Source: an uncultured Gemmatimonadales bacterium (GTDB lineage: Bacteria; Gemmatimonadota; Gemmatimonadetes; Gemmatimonadales; GWC2-71-9). From it: a stretch of DNA of 64,000 bases. Position numbers and translations under genes: made by a program. Below the pieces are notes generated by a model, which was given only the letters and a program-made list of their open reading frames with translations, had not been told where the DNA came from and ran no database searches. Shown piece by piece: positions 61,947-64,000 of this stretch. Numbering within the stretch: position 1 is the first letter of the stretch; each line of letters starts with the position of its first letter. The stretch is from positions 91,800 through 155,799 of the forward strand of contig CAVVKJ010000006.1 in the NCBI GenBank assembly GCA_963748815.1. Direction: 5' to 3'.

Positions 61947-63293
61947 CCGCGGAAGGTCTCGATCAGCAGCCAGATGTTGAGTGCCCCGATGACGCCGGCG
62001 ATCACCCAGGCGAGCACCTTCAGCCACCGCGGACTCACGAACACCCCCATCTTGGCCCGGTCACTGGTGAAGATCACCAGCGGCACGACGGCGAACGACA
62101 GCTGCATGCTCAGGATGACCTGGCTCAGGATCAGCAGCTGGCCGCTGCCCCGCTCACCCTAGATGGCCGTGACGATCACGGCAGGGACGATGGCGATGAG
62201 CCGGGTGATCAGCCGCCGGAGCCACGCCGGCAGGCGGATGTTGAGGAACCCCTCCATCACGATCTGCCCGGCGAGCGTGCCGGTGATCGTCGAGTTCTGC
62301 CCCGACGCCAGCAGCGCCACCGCAAAGAGGACGCTCGCCATGGTGGTGCCCAGCAGCGGCGTCAGGAGTTGATGCGCATCGCCGATGTCGGCCACGCCCT
62401 GGTTGCCGGTGGTGTGGAAGGTGGCCGCCGCGAGAATCAGGATGGCGGCGTTGATGAAGAAGGCGAAGAAGAGCGCCAGGGTCGAGTCGATCGTGGCGAA
62501 CTTGATGGCCTCCCGCTTGCCCGCCACCGTGTCGCCGAAATTCCGGGTCTGCACGATGGAGCAGTGCAGGTAGAGGTTGTGCGGCATGACGGTGGCGCCG
62601 AGGATGCCGATCGCGATGTAGAGCTTGGCCGGGTCGGAGATGATCTCCGTGGTGGGGATCAGTCCGCGGAACAGCTCGCCGAGCGCCGGCTGCGCCAGCA
62701 CCAGCTCGATGGCGAAGCAGACGCCGATGGTGGCCACCAGCGCGATGACGAAGGCCTCGAGCCAGCGGAACCCGCGGTGCTGCAGCAGCAGGATGAGCAG
62801 GACGTCGACCGCGGTGATGCAGACGCCCCACGAGCAGCGGGATGCCGAAGAGCAGGTTCAGCGCGATGGCGGAGCCGATGACCTCCGCCAGGTCGCAGGC
62901 GGCGATGGCGATTTCGCAGAGCACCCAGAGCACGAAGTTGACCGGACGCGAATAGTGATCGCGGCAGGCCTGGGCCAGGTCGCGGCCGGTGACGATGCCG
63001 AGCCGGAGCGCCAGGGCCTGGAGCAGGATGGCCATCAGGTTCGAGAGCAGGATGACGCTGAGCAGGGTGTAGCCGAAGCGCGAGCCGCCGGCGAGGTCGG
63101 TGGCCCAGTTGCCGGGGTCCATGTAGCCCACCGCCACCATGTACCCGGGCCCGGCAAACGCGAGCATCTTCCGCCACCAGGGGGCGCCCGCCGGGATGTT
63201 CACGGTGCGGAACGACTCCGGGAGGCTGGGCGAGGTCCGCTTGTGTCGCCACCCCTCGGTGAGTTCCTCGATCGGGGGACCGCTGGCGCTCAT
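61937..63293 (-). CDS. mntH: Nramp Mn2+ transporter; frameshift near 62828 and in-frame TAG at 62159-62161
   Basis: [38 protein letters not shown]. Confidence 0.9.
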
Positions 63294-63971
63294 CGAGCCT
63301 CCGACCTGGAGCAGAGGAGCACCCCCGCCAGTTCGGCACCGAGCAGCTGTTCGTGTCCACCGGCCCGCACCGTGATCGGTCCGCCGAAGGGCTGTCGGCT
63401 GGTGACCGTGACCGCCGCCCCTGGCACCAGCCCGTGGTCGGCGAAATACCGCAGTCGATCGGCCTGCCCCGTTTCCACCCGCCGAACCTCGACCGACTCC
63501 CCGACCGGCATCTCCGAGAGCGGGGTGTAGACCAGTTCCACCATCGATCCGTCAGGCGCCGGGATCGGATCGCCGTGGGGGTCGACGCTTGGGTTGCCCA
63601 GGGCGTCGGCCATCCGCTCGATCAGGTCGTCGGAGACGGCGTGCTCCAGGCGCTCCGCCTCTTCGTGGACGGTGTCCCAGGTGTAGTCGAGGAAGGCCAC
63701 CAGATAGGACTCGAGGATGCGGTGCCGCCGCACCATCTGGAGGGCCGCCCGCCGGCCCGAGGCGCTGAGTTCACCCCCTTGTATGGCAGGTGCTCGACCA
63801 GCCCCTGCTCGGAGAGGCGCTTGACCATCCCGGTGACCGAAGCAGGGGCCAGGTCGAGGAGGTGGGCGATTTCGGTGGTGCCTGCGGGACGCCGCCCAGG
63901 GAGAGGTGGTAGATGGCCTTGAGGTAGTCCTCGACCGAACGAGTCAGGGTCGGCGACGGGTAGGGCGGCAT
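63290..63971 (-). CDS. mntR: DtxR/MntR metal-dependent repressor with FeoA domain; frameshifts near 63890 and 63770
   Basis: [41 protein letters not shown] spread over three reading segments. Confidence 0.88.
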
Positions 63972-63984
63972 GGTCAGAGCCAGA

Positions 63985-64000
63985 ATTAGGGTTGCCTAAT
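63985..64000. promoter_or_regulatory. DtxR/MntR-family operator
   Basis: Palindrome ATTAGG-GTTG-CCTAAT 13 nt upstream of the mntR ATG. Confidence 0.8.

Noticed and set aside
62159..62161. Pyrrolysine or stop-codon recoding in mntH
   Set aside because: TAG is a normal stop for many genes here, no pyl genes are seen, and neighbouring lesions favour error

Overview
A GC-rich (roughly 70%), gene-dense bacterial chromosome segment. Gene style (kinase-TM-TPR Ser/Thr kinases, DUF4384 protein, S46 peptidase, TPGNLR-type EF-P) points to Gemmatimonadota, but this is inference. It holds about 60 CDSs and two tRNAs (Gln-CTG, Ala-CGC). I see no transposase, integrase, prophage or CRISPR array. Most content is housekeeping or metabolic: glcDEF-like, ygfZ, peptidases, SulP, sseA, ADP-forming acyl-CoA synthetase, efp, cutC, rnz, mlaEFD, mutY, nadE, crcB, mntR-mntH. 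Five genes carry single-base frameshifts or an in-frame stop, most likely long-read errors. Best candidates for under-described biology: (i) an SSS transporter / nucleotidyltransferase / variant GHMP kinase / Tat-GH109 sugar-salvage operon; (ii) a TPR-glycoside hydrolase plus TPR-beta-barrel pair resembling a polysaccharide export module with no synthase nearby; (iii) a sigma54/IHF-type promoter driving a secreted DUF4384 protein with GYPxYGW repeats; (iv) an outer-membrane barrel coupled to the MntR-MntH operon; (v) an orphan Phd/YefM gene with its own operator beside the tRNAs; (vi) an EF-P with Asn at the normally modified loop tip. All family calls come from motif recognition by eye, with no database searches.
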